64,000 bases of DNA. Origin: Sedimenticola thiotaurini (GTDB taxonomy: Bacteria > Pseudomonadota > Gammaproteobacteria > Chromatiales > Chromatiaceae). Where the stretch lies: assembly GCA_007713595.1 (NCBI GenBank), contig VMRY01000015.1, forward strand, positions 2,244-66,243, given 5' to 3'. The stretch's first letter is position 1. Each line of letters begins with the position of its first letter. Of the stretch, positions 44,808 through 54,988 are shown piece after piece. The notes under the pieces are model-generated. The model saw only the letters and a program-made list of their open reading frames with translations, was not told the DNA's origin and did not search any database. Position numbers and translations under genes: made by a program.

Positions 44808-46177
44808 CCGGATCACTGGCCGAGACCAGCCTGAAACAGGTGCTGCATGAGATGGCACCAACCCCGGTGACCTGGGAAGTGCAGCCTCTGAAAATTAAAG
44901 TCGCCGCCCTGTTGACCGGTGAGATGATCAAACGACAGCTACCCCACACCGGCAACGCCGGGCGCGTAATAATCCCCGGCCGATGTTGTGGTGACCTGGA
45001 CGCACTAAGTGAACACTTTGGCGTCCCCTTTCAGCGCGGCCCGGAAGAGTTGCGTGATCTACCCGAATGGTTGGGGCAGGCTGGCAGGCCACCCGACCTG
45101 ACACAACACGATGTGCTGATTTTTGCAGAGATTGTCGATGCACCTAACCTGACATCCGAAGCCATCTGCCAACAGGCGGAACGCTTTCGACAGCAGGGCG
45201 CTGATGTGATTGATTTGGGTTGTCTGCCCGACCAGCCATTTCCCCACCTGGCCGAGAGCATGCGGTTACTCAAATCGCAAGGCTTCAAGGTCAGTGTTGA
45301 TTCACATCGAAGCGAAGAGCTTTTAACCGGCGGCAAAGCGGGTGCAGATTATCTGCTCAGCCTGACCGAAGAGACGCTGTGGATTGCAGACGAGGTCGAA
45401 TCAACCCCCATCATCATCCCAACCAGCTCTGGCGATCTGGCGAGCTTACAGCGATCCTGGGAGCAACTCACCGCCAAGGGACGTACCTGTTTTCTAGATC
45501 CTATCCTTGATCCGATCCATTTTGGTTTTACCGAATCTATCGTACGTTACCACCAAGCCCGTCAACGCCTGCCAGAGGCCATGATGATGATGGGCGTAGG
45601 CAACCTGACTGAGCTCACCGAAGCGGACACCAGCGGCATCAATGCCCTACTATTTGGCATCATCTCCGAACTGCATGTGGGTGCGGTACTGACCACGGCC
45701 GTCAGCCCCCACTGCCGATCCGCCATTCGTGAGGCGGATCTGTCACGGCGTATCATGTTTCGTGCACGGGCCGATCGCAGCCTGCCCAAACGGCTGCATG
45801 CTGGCCTGAGTAACCGTCACGCCCTTAACCCCTTCCCTTACACGCCAGCCGAGATAGAAACAGCGGCCGACCAGGTGAAGGACCGAAACTTCCGCATCCA
45901 GGTCAGCAAAGAGCATATTCACATCTACAACCGGGAAACCCTACTTCACGCGACCGACCCCTATGATCTGTTTCCCCATCTGGGCGTTGAAGAGAATGGC
46001 AGCCACGCCTTCTATCTTGGGGTGGAGCTGGCCCGCGCCGAGATTGCACTGCAACTGGGAAAGCGCTACACACAGGACCAACTGCTTGACTGGGGGGCCG
46101 CCTGCGCGCCCGTAGAAAAAGACCAGCTCACCTATGCCAAACCGGGCAGCACCAAGCAGCGCAAAAAAGTATCTTGA
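44783..46177 (+). CDS. Dihydropteroate synthase-like pterin-binding protein (Orf20)
   Basis: LFLTGSLAE start, GADVIDLGC, SVDS, DPILDPI and GVGNLTELTEAD. Confidence 0.88.
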   Translation: MSEHLLFLTGSLAETSLKQVLHEMAPTPVTWEVQPLKIKVAALLTGEMIKRQLPHTGNAGRVIIPGRCCGDLDALSEHFGVPFQRGPEELRDLPEWLGQAGRPPDLTQHDVLIFAEIVDAPNLTSEAICQQAERFRQQGADVIDLGCLPDQPFPHLAESMRLLKSQGFKVSVDSHRSEELLTGGKAGADYLLSLTEETLWIADEVESTPIIIPTSSGDLASLQRSWEQLTAKGRTCFLDPILDPIHFGFTESIVRYHQARQRLPEAMMMMGVGNLTELTEADTSGINALLFGIISELHVGAVLTTAVSPHCRSAIREADLSRRIMFRARADRSLPKRLHAGLSNRHALNPFPYTPAEIETAADQVKDRNFRIQVSKEHIHIYNRETLLHATDPYDLFPHLGVEENGSHAFYLGVELARAEIALQLGKRYTQDQLLDWGAACAPVEKDQLTYAKPGSTKQRKKVS

Positions 46178-47418
46178 AGTGGAGCCTATTAGGTTGGCCC
46201 AGCTCTTGCTCCCTTCAACCGATAATGAACACATACAATAGGCTGAATACTTTGGCGTCTGTTAGCTGCCCCTTCTGTGCCATGGTTTGTGACGATCTGT
46301 CACTGCCACTACACAATGAACAAACTATTCCTGGTCAGGGCACCTGCGAAAAAGCGGTTACCGGATTCACCCTTGCACTTGAGGCAACCCAGGCGATGCC
46401 GCTGTTAAAGGGTAAAGAGATCACCTGGACAGAGGCGCTGACCAAGGCCGGTGCCCTGTTAAGAGAGGCGAATCACCCCCTGATACATGGCCTGATCGGG
46501 GATCTTATCGACAGCAAGGCCGCACATAAACTGGCCGAGCATTTTGCAGGTACGGTTGATCACCGGCATGGTGATGCAATCGCCCGCAATCTACGCATCT
46601 ATCAGCAAGGGGGTTGGCAGGTCAGTAGTATGGGTGAAGTACGTAATCGGGCGGATCTGGTTATTTTGGTGTGTGACGACCTGGAAACCACCCTGCCCCG
46701 GCTGCAAGAAAAAGTATTGCACAGTGAAGCGCGGCTGCACACCTCTGCTCCACCAACCGTTTATACGCTAGATGAAAATCGACTTGAGACACTCTCGATC
46801 CTGCGCGCACGTCTGGCCAACAAGCCGTTGCAAACCGATACTTCGGCGACCGATGAACTGCTGTCGCTCATAAACAAAGCCGACTACCCCGTATTCATGA
46901 TCGGGCCACTACAAGATAAAGCGACCGAGCTGATCATACGCACCTGTGTGGGCCTGGTACGTGATATGAATGAGCAACAGCGTTGTGCGCTCCTGCTGCT
47001 CGGGACAGGTGAAGGCGACATCACTGCACAACTGAGCGGCGCCTGGCATAACGGTTTTGGCATCCGCACCAGCTTTACAAAAGGCTATCCGGTTCAGGAT
47101 CTACAGATGCATTCTGGAGATCGCTTGCTGCAGTCTGGGGAATCTGACCTGCTGGTCTGGATCAGCACCCTAAGTAGCGATCCACCACCTAACGTAACCC
47201 AGCCGACTATCGTTATCGGACATCCTGCCATGACCTTCAAAACTGACCCGCCCGAGCTATTCTTGCCTGTCAGTATTCCCGGCATTCATCGTGCCGGTTA
47301 TCTGCATCGTGCCGATGGTCTGCGCATGGTACCGCTCAATGCCTTGATAGAGAGTCCACTCTCAAGCAGTGCTGCACTCTGTGAGCAGTTGATCGCACAG
47401 GAGCCACGCCCATGTTGA
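46174..47418 (+). CDS. fhcB: Formyltransferase/hydrolase complex subunit B (FwdB homologue)
   Basis: CPFCAMVCDDL, GEVRNRADLV and RADGLRMVPL. The true start may be ATG 46225. Confidence 0.88.
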   Translation: MKWSLLGWPSSCSLQPIMNTYNRLNTLASVSCPFCAMVCDDLSLPLHNEQTIPGQGTCEKAVTGFTLALEATQAMPLLKGKEITWTEALTKAGALLREANHPLIHGLIGDLIDSKAAHKLAEHFAGTVDHRHGDAIARNLRIYQQGGWQVSSMGEVRNRADLVILVCDDLETTLPRLQEKVLHSEARLHTSAPPTVYTLDENRLETLSILRARLANKPLQTDTSATDELLSLINKADYPVFMIGPLQDKATELIIRTCVGLVRDMNEQQRCALLLLGTGEGDITAQLSGAWHNGFGIRTSFTKGYPVQDLQMHSGDRLLQSGESDLLVWISTLSSDPPPNVTQPTIVIGHPAMTFKTDPPELFLPVSIPGIHRAGYLHRADGLRMVPLNALIESPLSSSAALCEQLIAQEPRPC

Positions 47419-49046
47419 CTCGACTCAAAGGCGCACGCCTCTATGATCCGGTGAATCAGATTAACGGCGAGGTTGGTGATGTGTGGATTCGGGATAACCT
47501 GATCTGCGCCGCACCGGATAACCCTGCAGAAGCAGACAAGACCATTAACCTCGAAGGCAAGATATTAATGGCGGGGGCGATTGACATCCACAGTCATATC
47601 GCGGGCGGTAATGTGAACAGTGCCCGTGTTTTACTGCCAGAACAGCATCTGGCAGAACAGGCCCGCTACCCTCAGCACCCGTTTTCATCAGCCAAGTGGT
47701 CAGCTGCTGATACGGGCTATCGCTATGCCGAGATGGGATTTACCACCGTGGTAGAGCCTGCCGTGTTACCTATCAACGCGGCTCAGGTCCATGCCGAGCT
47801 GGCTGATATACCGATTATTGATACCGCTGGCCTGGCCATTGTCGGTAATGATGATTTTCTCCTGCGGATGCTGCGGTATAAGGCAGAGCAGGCACGCATC
47901 AATGACTATATCGCCTGGACCTTACACGCCACCCAATGCCTGGGAGTGAAGGTCATCAATGCCGGTGGGGCCACGGCATTCAAGTTTAATCAGCGCCAGC
48001 TCAATCTGGATGATGAAGTTCCGATGTACGGCATGAGCTCGCGGGACATTCTAACTGCCGTACAACGTGCCGTGGTGCAATTGGGCATTGCCCACCCGGT
48101 ACACGTTCACTGCAATAACCTGGGTATACCGGGCAATGTCTCTACCGCGCTGGAGACCATCAAGGCGGCGGAGGGTATGCCCATGCATCTCGCGCATGTG
48201 CAGTTCTATGGCTATGGTGACCAAGGCGATAGTGGCTTTTCATCTGGAGCCAAGGCCCTGGCTGACGCCGTTATGGCCAACCCAAATATTACGGTCGATG
48301 TTGGCCAAGTGCTATTTGGTCAAACCGTCACCATCTCCGGCGATGTGATGCGTCAATTTGATGCCCGACATATCGCCAACCCGAAAAAGTGGGTGGTATG
48401 GGAAGGTGAGGATGGCGGCGGCGGTATTGTGCCGTTCCAGTATCGTCCGAAAAACCAAGTCAATGCCCTGCAATGGGCTATCGGTCTGGAACTGTTCCTG
48501 CTGATCGATGATCCATGGCGCATCTTCTTCACCACCGATCACCCCAATGGTGCACCGTTCACTGCTTACCCGGAGCTGTTCAGGTTACTGATGGACCGCG
48601 ACTACAGAAACCTGTGGCTGGATAAGATCAACGCAAAATCGGCTGATATATCCCTGTTACGTCATCTGGATCGGGAGTATGACTTGTATGAGATCGCCAT
48701 CATGACTCGCGCTGCTCCGGCCAAGCTCCTGGGGCTGAGTGACCGGGGACATCTCTCTGTTGGTGCCATTGCTGACATTGCCGTTTACCAACCACAAGAT
48801 AATAAAGCAGCCCTATTTGGCAAAGCCGAACTGGTATTGAAAGATGGCGTTACGGTAGTTGAAAAAGGTCAGGTGGTTCACTCACTACAGGGTAAGACCC
48901 ATGCGGTTGCCCCTGGTTTCGATAGTGCTATTGAATCAGCAGTAAGCAGGTATTTTGACCGTTATCACCTGATGAAAATGGACCACTACAAACTTAGTCC
49001 ACAACATCTCCTTGAAACAGTAGGCAGTGAACTGGTACTGCACTGA
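47412..49046 (+). CDS. fhcA: Formyltransferase/hydrolase complex subunit A (FwdA-like amidohydrolase)
   Basis: GAIDIHSHIAGG, GVKVINAGG, HVHCNNLG, TTDHPNG and TRAAPAK.LG. Confidence 0.96.
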   Translation: MLTRLKGARLYDPVNQINGEVGDVWIRDNLICAAPDNPAEADKTINLEGKILMAGAIDIHSHIAGGNVNSARVLLPEQHLAEQARYPQHPFSSAKWSAADTGYRYAEMGFTTVVEPAVLPINAAQVHAELADIPIIDTAGLAIVGNDDFLLRMLRYKAEQARINDYIAWTLHATQCLGVKVINAGGATAFKFNQRQLNLDDEVPMYGMSSRDILTAVQRAVVQLGIAHPVHVHCNNLGIPGNVSTALETIKAAEGMPMHLAHVQFYGYGDQGDSGFSSGAKALADAVMANPNITVDVGQVLFGQTVTISGDVMRQFDARHIANPKKWVVWEGEDGGGGIVPFQYRPKNQVNALQWAIGLELFLLIDDPWRIFFTTDHPNGAPFTAYPELFRLLMDRDYRNLWLDKINAKSADISLLRHLDREYDLYEIAIMTRAAPAKLLGLSDRGHLSVGAIADIAVYQPQDNKAALFGKAELVLKDGVTVVEKGQVVHSLQGKTHAVAPGFDSAIESAVSRYFDRYHLMKMDHYKLSPQHLLETVGSELVLH

Positions 49047-49053
49047 GGCGCTT

Positions 49054-49626
49054 ATGAGTGAACGCATTCATGAAGTTATCGTGATTACCCACAACCATGA
49101 TGGCTCACCCCACATGGCACCCATGGGTATTCGTCAGCGCAACAAAAACTGGCTGATCGCCCCATTTCGCCCGTCACGCACACTGGAAAACCTGCTGCGA
49201 GAGGGTGTAGCCACTCTCAATACCACAGACGATATGCGTATCTATGCAGGCTGTCTGACAAAACACTATGACTGGCCATTGGTTGAATGTGAGAAAATAA
49301 ACGGCCATCGATTGAAAGATGCACTCAGTCATAAAGAGATCCAAGTAGAGCAGGTAATAGAAGACACGCAACGACCACAACTGCTATGCAAGGAGATCCA
49401 TCAAGTGAATCACCGCCCTTTCAGTGGTTATAACCGGGCGCAGGCCGCCGTACTGGAGTTGGCCATACTGGTAAGCAGACTGCATCTACTCACCGAAGAA
49501 AAACTGAACAGTGAGATCAACTACCTGCAGATCGCAATAGAGAAAACGGCGGGAAGAAGTGAACGAGAGGCATGGAATTGGCTAATGCAATCGGTAGATG
49601 ACTATCGTAAGAGGAATTGCGCATGA
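49054..49626 (+). CDS. DUF447 family protein (Orf19-like)
   Basis: PHMAPMGI, PFRPSRTLENL, NRAQAAVLELAI..SR and IEKTAG. Confidence 0.88.
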   Translation: MSERIHEVIVITHNHDGSPHMAPMGIRQRNKNWLIAPFRPSRTLENLLREGVATLNTTDDMRIYAGCLTKHYDWPLVECEKINGHRLKDALSHKEIQVEQVIEDTQRPQLLCKEIHQVNHRPFSGYNRAQAAVLELAILVSRLHLLTEEKLNSEINYLQIAIEKTAGRSEREAWNWLMQSVDDYRKRNCA

Positions 49627-50339
49627 CCGGTCTGCTTGCCAGCATCTGCTCTGTGGAAGAGGCGGACATTGCACTGCACTCCTATGTCGATATTATTGAC
49701 TGCAAGGATCCGACGCGTGGTGCCTTGGGTGCCCTTGACCTGGACCTGATCGCATCCATAGTTGATTTAGTTAATGGCGAACGTCCGGTCAGCGCCACCA
49801 TTGGTGATCTACCGGCCGATCCAAAACGGATACGGCATGCCGTCAGAAATACAGCAGACTGTGGCGTTGATTACATCAAGCTCGGTCTGTTTGAAGAGAC
49901 AACTGCCGCGCCATGCATAATGGCAATGAAAGAAGAGTGTAAACATAATCAGCTTATTGCTGTCTGTTTTGCCGATCTGTTTGATCCCATGCCCCTGCTC
50001 CCACTGCTTTCCACACAAGGTTTTCATGGCGTAATGATCGACACGGCAGAAAAAAAGAGTGGTCGACTGACTGATCTCTGGAGCCTGACCCACCTTGCAC
50101 GCTTTATCGATCAAGCTCAACTGCTCGGCTTAGTCTGTGGATTGGCTGGTCGCCTCACACTCGACGCCATCCCCTCCCTGCTACCCTTGCAGGCCGACTA
50201 CCTGGGATTTCGCAGCGCCCTGTGCGTCAGTGATCGCACAAGCCAACTCGATCATCGGGCCGTTATGCGTGCGCGTAACGCCATGCCTTTTGGTTTTGAT
50301 GTACCGACCATCAACACGGCATTTGTGGCTGTACATTGA
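49623..50339 (+). CDS. mfnB: 4-HFC-P synthase MfnB (DUF556)
   Basis: LLASI.SVEEA, IIDCKDP..GALGA, YIKLGL, GVMIDTAEK and GFRSALC. Confidence 0.92.
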   Translation: MTGLLASICSVEEADIALHSYVDIIDCKDPTRGALGALDLDLIASIVDLVNGERPVSATIGDLPADPKRIRHAVRNTADCGVDYIKLGLFEETTAAPCIMAMKEECKHNQLIAVCFADLFDPMPLLPLLSTQGFHGVMIDTAEKKSGRLTDLWSLTHLARFIDQAQLLGLVCGLAGRLTLDAIPSLLPLQADYLGFRSALCVSDRTSQLDHRAVMRARNAMPFGFDVPTINTAFVAVH

Positions 50340-50704
50340 TGGCGCTCTGCCCTGAAATTTTTCGTCAACGCGCCATAATCGAAGGACTCTACGGCATTAA
50401 CGAGATAAATGAACAGACGGTGTCACAGGTTCTCCAGGTCATGACCAAGACACTCGGGATGACGCCCATCGCTGATCTGCTTATTTTCTCACCCGATCAT
50501 GTCAGTGAATTACATCATGGTATTGGTGGCTTCCAGGCCTGGGCAGAATCCGGCTGTTCACTCTATACCTGGCGTGAGCAAAAACTGTTTACTCTGGAAC
50601 TCTATTCATGCAAACCGTTCCAAGTCAGCGACTGCATTCTCAAGCTGCAACAACTTCTCAAGGTGGAACGTGTTGAGTGGCGTAACATTCCCTCTGACTC
50701 ATAA
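50336..50704 (+). CDS. Divergent AdoMet-decarboxylase-fold (pyruvoyl-type) protein
   Basis: GIGGFQAWAESGCSLYTW...ELYSC aligns without gaps to the class 1b SpeD core GVSGVVVISESHLTIHTW...DLFTC. Confidence 0.75.
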   Translation: MMALCPEIFRQRAIIEGLYGINEINEQTVSQVLQVMTKTLGMTPIADLLIFSPDHVSELHHGIGGFQAWAESGCSLYTWREQKLFTLELYSCKPFQVSDCILKLQQLLKVERVEWRNIPSDS

Positions 50705-50756
50705 AAGTTATTACCCAAGTAGTCAGCACCGAGACAGTATTGGTTAGAAAGTCACC

Positions 50757-50915
50757 GCAGGCTGGGCTGAACAGAGTGAAGCCCAACAATGCAAAATCCA
50801 TAAAGGGATGCCGGAGCGTGACCGAAGACGTTGGGCTTCGCTGCACTTAGCCCTACCTACTTTTGGCATTGGTTAAAAATCCCCGTAGGTTGGGCTGAAC
50901 AGCGTGAAGCCCAAC
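50757..50915. repeat. Cluster of three GTAG-type REP elements (+,-,+)
   Basis: G(C/T)AGG(C/T)TGGGCTGAACAG(A/C)GTGAAGCCCAAC at 50757 and 50885; inverted copy at 50830-50860. Confidence 0.85.
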
Positions 50916-51030
50916 AATCATCTTACTGTGATGCCATGGCTGAATAGGCCGTGTAACCTGAAAAAAATGGACCGCAAAGTAAACTAAGCGGTCCCAAGCG
51001 GAGGCAAATCGAAAAAACAAATCACTGTAG

Positions 51031-51573
51031 CTAAATTATGAGTGACGGCCATTCATGAATCGCGTCACGTTGAACCAATTTCACCTCACCACCCCACCCT
51101 TGTCGATATTCCTCAAAGGCGGCATCCAATAACTCTGAACTCGATGTGGTAAGAGTTACCGACTTCACGAGCAGTACACCTTCTGCATCAACTTGCTTCG
51201 CCAACCAGAGCGCCAGGCTATCTGAAGTGACCCGCCAACTCTGTTCAACATCAGGGTCTTCTTCGACTGGCAACCAGACAACACTACGCCCGGACTCAAC
51301 CTGCTTTATCAGTTCTGGAATTTTAGACGCTCTCGACAACTGGGGTTCGATACCGGTCATGAGTAACCCAAATTGATTCATGGCACAGAGCGCCATCTGA
51401 TGTGCAGTTCCATCATCCACACCCCAGCGTTGCTGGGCGACACGCACCTGATCAGCAAATGGACCACCACCAGGCACAATAATAACGGGCACACCTGACG
51501 CTGCAATTTTGTTCAGCCACATTTTAAGCTGTGGCGCGTCATACAGGCTGCCGCCGATCTTAACTACCCACAT
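51031..51573 (-). CDS. Amino-acid-kinase family MfnE-like kinase (Orf21-like)
   Basis: VVKIGGSL, VPGGGPFADQVR, TSDSLA and LLVKS. Confidence 0.88.
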   Translation of the reverse strand: MWVVKIGGSLYDAPQLKMWLNKIAASGVPVIIVPGGGPFADQVRVAQQRWGVDDGTAHQMALCAMNQFGLLMTGIEPQLSRASKIPELIKQVESGRSVVWLPVEEDPDVEQSWRVTSDSLALWLAKQVDAEGVLLVKSVTLTTSSSELLDAAFEEYRQGWGGEVKLVQRDAIHEWPSLII

Positions 51574-52945
51574 GAGACAGCCGCCCCTGACTCAACAACC
51601 GCAATAGCGCCGAGGCCTTATCAAACGTCTCCTGATATTCGGCATCAACCTCAGAATCATGCACGATGCCACCGCCCGCCCAGCAGCGAATTTTACCCTG
51701 ATTGTAGACCAGCGTACGTATGGTGATGTTACTGTCCATCTGTCCATCAAAACTGATGTAACCGATGGAACCACAATAGAGCCCCCGACGATCCGGTTCC
51801 AGTTCAGCAATGACCTCCATGGCACGAATCTTAGGCGCCCCGGTAATCGATCCTCCGGGGAAACAGGCCCGCAGCAGCCCCACCCCATCCTGATCACCCT
51901 TCAATTCACCGGTAACCGTACTAACCAGATGATGTACGGTGGCATAACTCTCTACTGCAAACAGTTCAGGCACCTTCACTGTTCCGGGTGAGCAGACCCG
52001 ACCCAGATCATTACGCAACAGATCCACAATCATCAGATTTTCCGCCCGGTCCTTGACACTCATTGACAGCTCTTTTGCCATTGCAGAGTCACCCTCCGGC
52101 GAATCCCCACGGGGACGAGTTCCCTTTATCGGTTTGGTCTCCACCTGCCGATTTTGCAGCTTTAAAAAACGCTCCGGAGATGAACTGAGTATTTCCGCAT
52201 AGGGTGTTTTGAGATAGGCAGAGAACGGTGCCGGATTCATTTCGCGCAGATCTTGGTAGGCAGTCCATCCATCCCCTTCCGCAGAGGCAGAGAAACGCTG
52301 TGCAAAGTTTACCTGATAGCAATCACCCTCTCTTATATACGTTTTTATACACTCAAACGCAGTCGCATAGGTCGCACGATCCATATTCGTTTGGATCGGG
52401 CCGGTAATCTGAAAAGTTCTATTTTTAGCGGTTTTAGAAGACGTACAGAAAAGTCGTAGCAGTGACCACCAGCGCTGGCGTGTCTGCGGATCACGGCCGT
52501 CGCCAACCAGCCAGCTACGTTGTTGCTCATGATCAACCACAACCGCCCAATCATAGAGACCGATCGCCATGTCGGGGAGTTGCTCACGACTCTTTAGCGA
52601 CTCCGGCAGTTTTTCAATACGCCAGGCAAGGTCATAGGAAAACCAGCCAATCGCTCCACCACAAAAGGGCAAATCACTCTGTTGCTTAAGCGCTGGCCCT
52701 AGCATTTCACGTAGAATGGTAAACGGATCATCCGGACGTAGTGTTATGCAATCACCTTGACGAATCTCGGTAATATTATCCCGAGTCGTCAACGTCAGAT
52801 AAGGGTCTGCTGCCAGGATGTCATAACGCCCAACATCGGTATGGGGATAGCCACTATCAAGAAAAACCGCCCAGGGTCTTTCCGCAATACGGGAAAATAG
52901 CAGACGGCTTTCTGCCCGGTAGGGGATTTCAACTCTCAGGCACAT
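51560..52945 (-). CDS. pabB: Aminodeoxychorismate synthase component I
   Basis: GDCYQVN, SSPERF, TKPIKGTRPR, AENLMIVDLLRND and FPGGSITGAPK. Confidence 0.95.
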   Translation of the reverse strand: MCLRVEIPYRAESRLLFSRIAERPWAVFLDSGYPHTDVGRYDILAADPYLTLTTRDNITEIRQGDCITLRPDDPFTILREMLGPALKQQSDLPFCGGAIGWFSYDLAWRIEKLPESLKSREQLPDMAIGLYDWAVVVDHEQQRSWLVGDGRDPQTRQRWWSLLRLFCTSSKTAKNRTFQITGPIQTNMDRATYATAFECIKTYIREGDCYQVNFAQRFSASAEGDGWTAYQDLREMNPAPFSAYLKTPYAEILSSSPERFLKLQNRQVETKPIKGTRPRGDSPEGDSAMAKELSMSVKDRAENLMIVDLLRNDLGRVCSPGTVKVPELFAVESYATVHHLVSTVTGELKGDQDGVGLLRACFPGGSITGAPKIRAMEVIAELEPDRRGLYCGSIGYISFDGQMDSNITIRTLVYNQGKIRCWAGGGIVHDSEVDAEYQETFDKASALLRLLSQGRLSHVGS

Positions 52946-54024
52946 GCTCGATGGGGCTCTCTAGTTAACCTTAGTAGTGCAACCGCCGGCGCACAATCGG
53001 CGGCCAGACTGGAATTTTCGTCACCTTGCGAAAGGAGTTCACCTATATCCAGATAGACACGCCCCAGCCGTATGGCTACACGCTCCACCAGAAACCGGCC
53101 AACCCCAGCGCCGATTAATACAGCTGAATCAGACAAGCCCAAACTGAGCTGACGCTGACACGCCAGTGACAGGGCATCAATCTGTCTATCAGCAAAAAAA
53201 GCAGCTAAACGATGCCAATCGGCCTCTGACCCATCAGACAGATCCGCTCCGATCATACGGGAGAGTCGTCGCCTGCTTGCAGATGTGGTTTTCTCTTTCC
53301 CGTCAGCAGCAGGGTAAAGATCGGCCGCTTCCGGTAGATCACCCAGTACCCTATAAACATCCGCTGTCGTGGCAAACAGCTCATTGGCCAGTGTTAACCA
53401 CTCCCCTTTAAAGGGTACCCGATCTGCGATGGCCATTAGGGGTGTGCGTACCACACCGGCATAGATCATTTCATCATGCGCCAATCGCTGACGATCAGTG
53501 AATCCCTTATTGAGTAGACACTGTTTTTTAAAGGGTAAAAGATCACTGGTGGTCGTTCCGACATCCATCATCACGCCCGAAGATACCACCGATGCCGCAT
53601 AGCGGGTTGTTGCCAGCCAGTTGGCTGAGGCAATCTGCTCCGTGAATTCGCCCGCCTTTGCAAAAGGAATGAAACCTTCAACACCGGCATAAAAATAGAG
53701 CGACTGCCGTGGTAATCGCTGCTTAAGCCAGTCAATCAGTTCAAGCACACCTGAGCGGCGATCATCGAACAGATCAACCAGTTCTGCCGTCATGGTGATG
53801 CGATGTTCACAATCATGAAGTGGAAGTCGCCGCGAAAGATCCTGCAATGCCTGGCCCAGTGATTCCAGGCCTTGCCATAGCGGTGTTGGCATTATCTCTA
53901 CCGCTTTTATTCGGCCGCACTGATCCTGCCAGGCCACTTTCAGGTGAGCACCACCAATGTCCCAGCCAATCACCCCCTGTTCAGGCAACACGACCCAACT
54001 CCAGATCGACATGAACACACTCAC
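52936..54024 (-). CDS. MfnF-like ASKHA/hydantoinase-family H4MPT-linked protein (Orf9-like)
   Basis: GWDIGGAHLK, TMTAEL.D, SANW, DVGTTTSD and E.FATTADVY. The start may lie a few codons downstream. Confidence 0.88.
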   Translation of the reverse strand: MSVFMSIWSWVVLPEQGVIGWDIGGAHLKVAWQDQCGRIKAVEIMPTPLWQGLESLGQALQDLSRRLPLHDCEHRITMTAELVDLFDDRRSGVLELIDWLKQRLPRQSLYFYAGVEGFIPFAKAGEFTEQIASANWLATTRYAASVVSSGVMMDVGTTTSDLLPFKKQCLLNKGFTDRQRLAHDEMIYAGVVRTPLMAIADRVPFKGEWLTLANELFATTADVYRVLGDLPEAADLYPAADGKEKTTSASRRRLSRMIGADLSDGSEADWHRLAAFFADRQIDALSLACQRQLSLGLSDSAVLIGAGVGRFLVERVAIRLGRVYLDIGELLSQGDENSSLAADCAPAVALLRLTREPHRACA

Positions 54025-54979
54025 CGGTAATTAATCCCGCCGGGCGTTCATTCGGATACTCTGCCAAACGCATCATCATCGCCGCCAGATTCCTCCCGGT
54101 AGATTGACTTAATCCTACATAGGCCGTGGTTAAGCGTGGATTCACTTCAAGTACAACAGGCCCCTGTTCAGTCAATATCAGATCCACGCCTACATAACCC
54201 CAGAGACCGGGGATCGCCTGACAAATACCCTGGGCCAGTTCCAGCAGTTCGGTCTGGTGACTTTTAAGGCCATTGACCACACATCCCAGCAGACAAAAAC
54301 CATCATTCATCTGCACAACACGTTGAATATTGGTACCCACCATGCAGACACAATTCGCACCCACCATCATCGACATACTGATCGACTGACCAGCCAGATA
54401 GGGTTGCACCACCCATTTAAGGGTAGATTCGCGACTCCCTACATAATCCAACAAGGCCTCTTCATTCGGAACAATATGGATATCCTGACAACCAACACCT
54501 TCATCTGGCTTGACTACCAGTGGTTGATCATCAAATTGAGGATGGGAGCCAACACGCCAGGTCGGTATGACAGAGACACCTTGCAGTGCCAGGCAATCCA
54601 CCGTTGCCTTTTTACTTGAGGCAATTGCCACCGCCTCGGCACTACTATTAAGTAACAATTTGCCAGCGGCCTCTACCGAACGACACAATGACTCCAGCAC
54701 ACCATCGGTTTCAGGTGCAATCGGCAGTACCGCATCCACCTCATCCAGACAGGTGAGCCAGGCACCCCACCAATCCGTTTCGACCCAGTGAATGTTTGCA
54801 GGCAGCGGTAACGAATCCAACCGGAGATCCCGACAGACCAATACATCGATTGATTCAAGTTGAGTCAGATCACGAACAATGGCATTAAGCATCATGTCGC
54901 CCTCCGCCATCAGACTTGGTATGATCTCTTTATCCACACAACCACCACCGGTTATGTATTCAAAAACAAAGACCCGCAT
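53981..54979 (-). CDS. MfnD-like ATP-grasp ligase (OrfY; tyramine/tyrosine-glutamate ligase family)
   Basis: MRVFVFEYITGGG, IAPETDG, VVKPDEGVGC, GYVGVD and EVNPRLTT; AAGGAG RBS. Confidence 0.88.
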   Translation of the reverse strand: MRVFVFEYITGGGCVDKEIIPSLMAEGDMMLNAIVRDLTQLESIDVLVCRDLRLDSLPLPANIHWVETDWWGAWLTCLDEVDAVLPIAPETDGVLESLCRSVEAAGKLLLNSSAEAVAIASSKKATVDCLALQGVSVIPTWRVGSHPQFDDQPLVVKPDEGVGCQDIHIVPNEEALLDYVGSRESTLKWVVQPYLAGQSISMSMMVGANCVCMVGTNIQRVVQMNDGFCLLGCVVNGLKSHQTELLELAQGICQAIPGLWGYVGVDLILTEQGPVVLEVNPRLTTAYVGLSQSTGRNLAAMMMRLAEYPNERPAGLITGECVHVDLELGRVA

Positions 54980-54988
54980 ACGAACTCC

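Noticed and set aside
50757-50915. CRISPR array
   Set aside because: Units alternate in orientation, are GTAG REP-like, and no cas genes are present.
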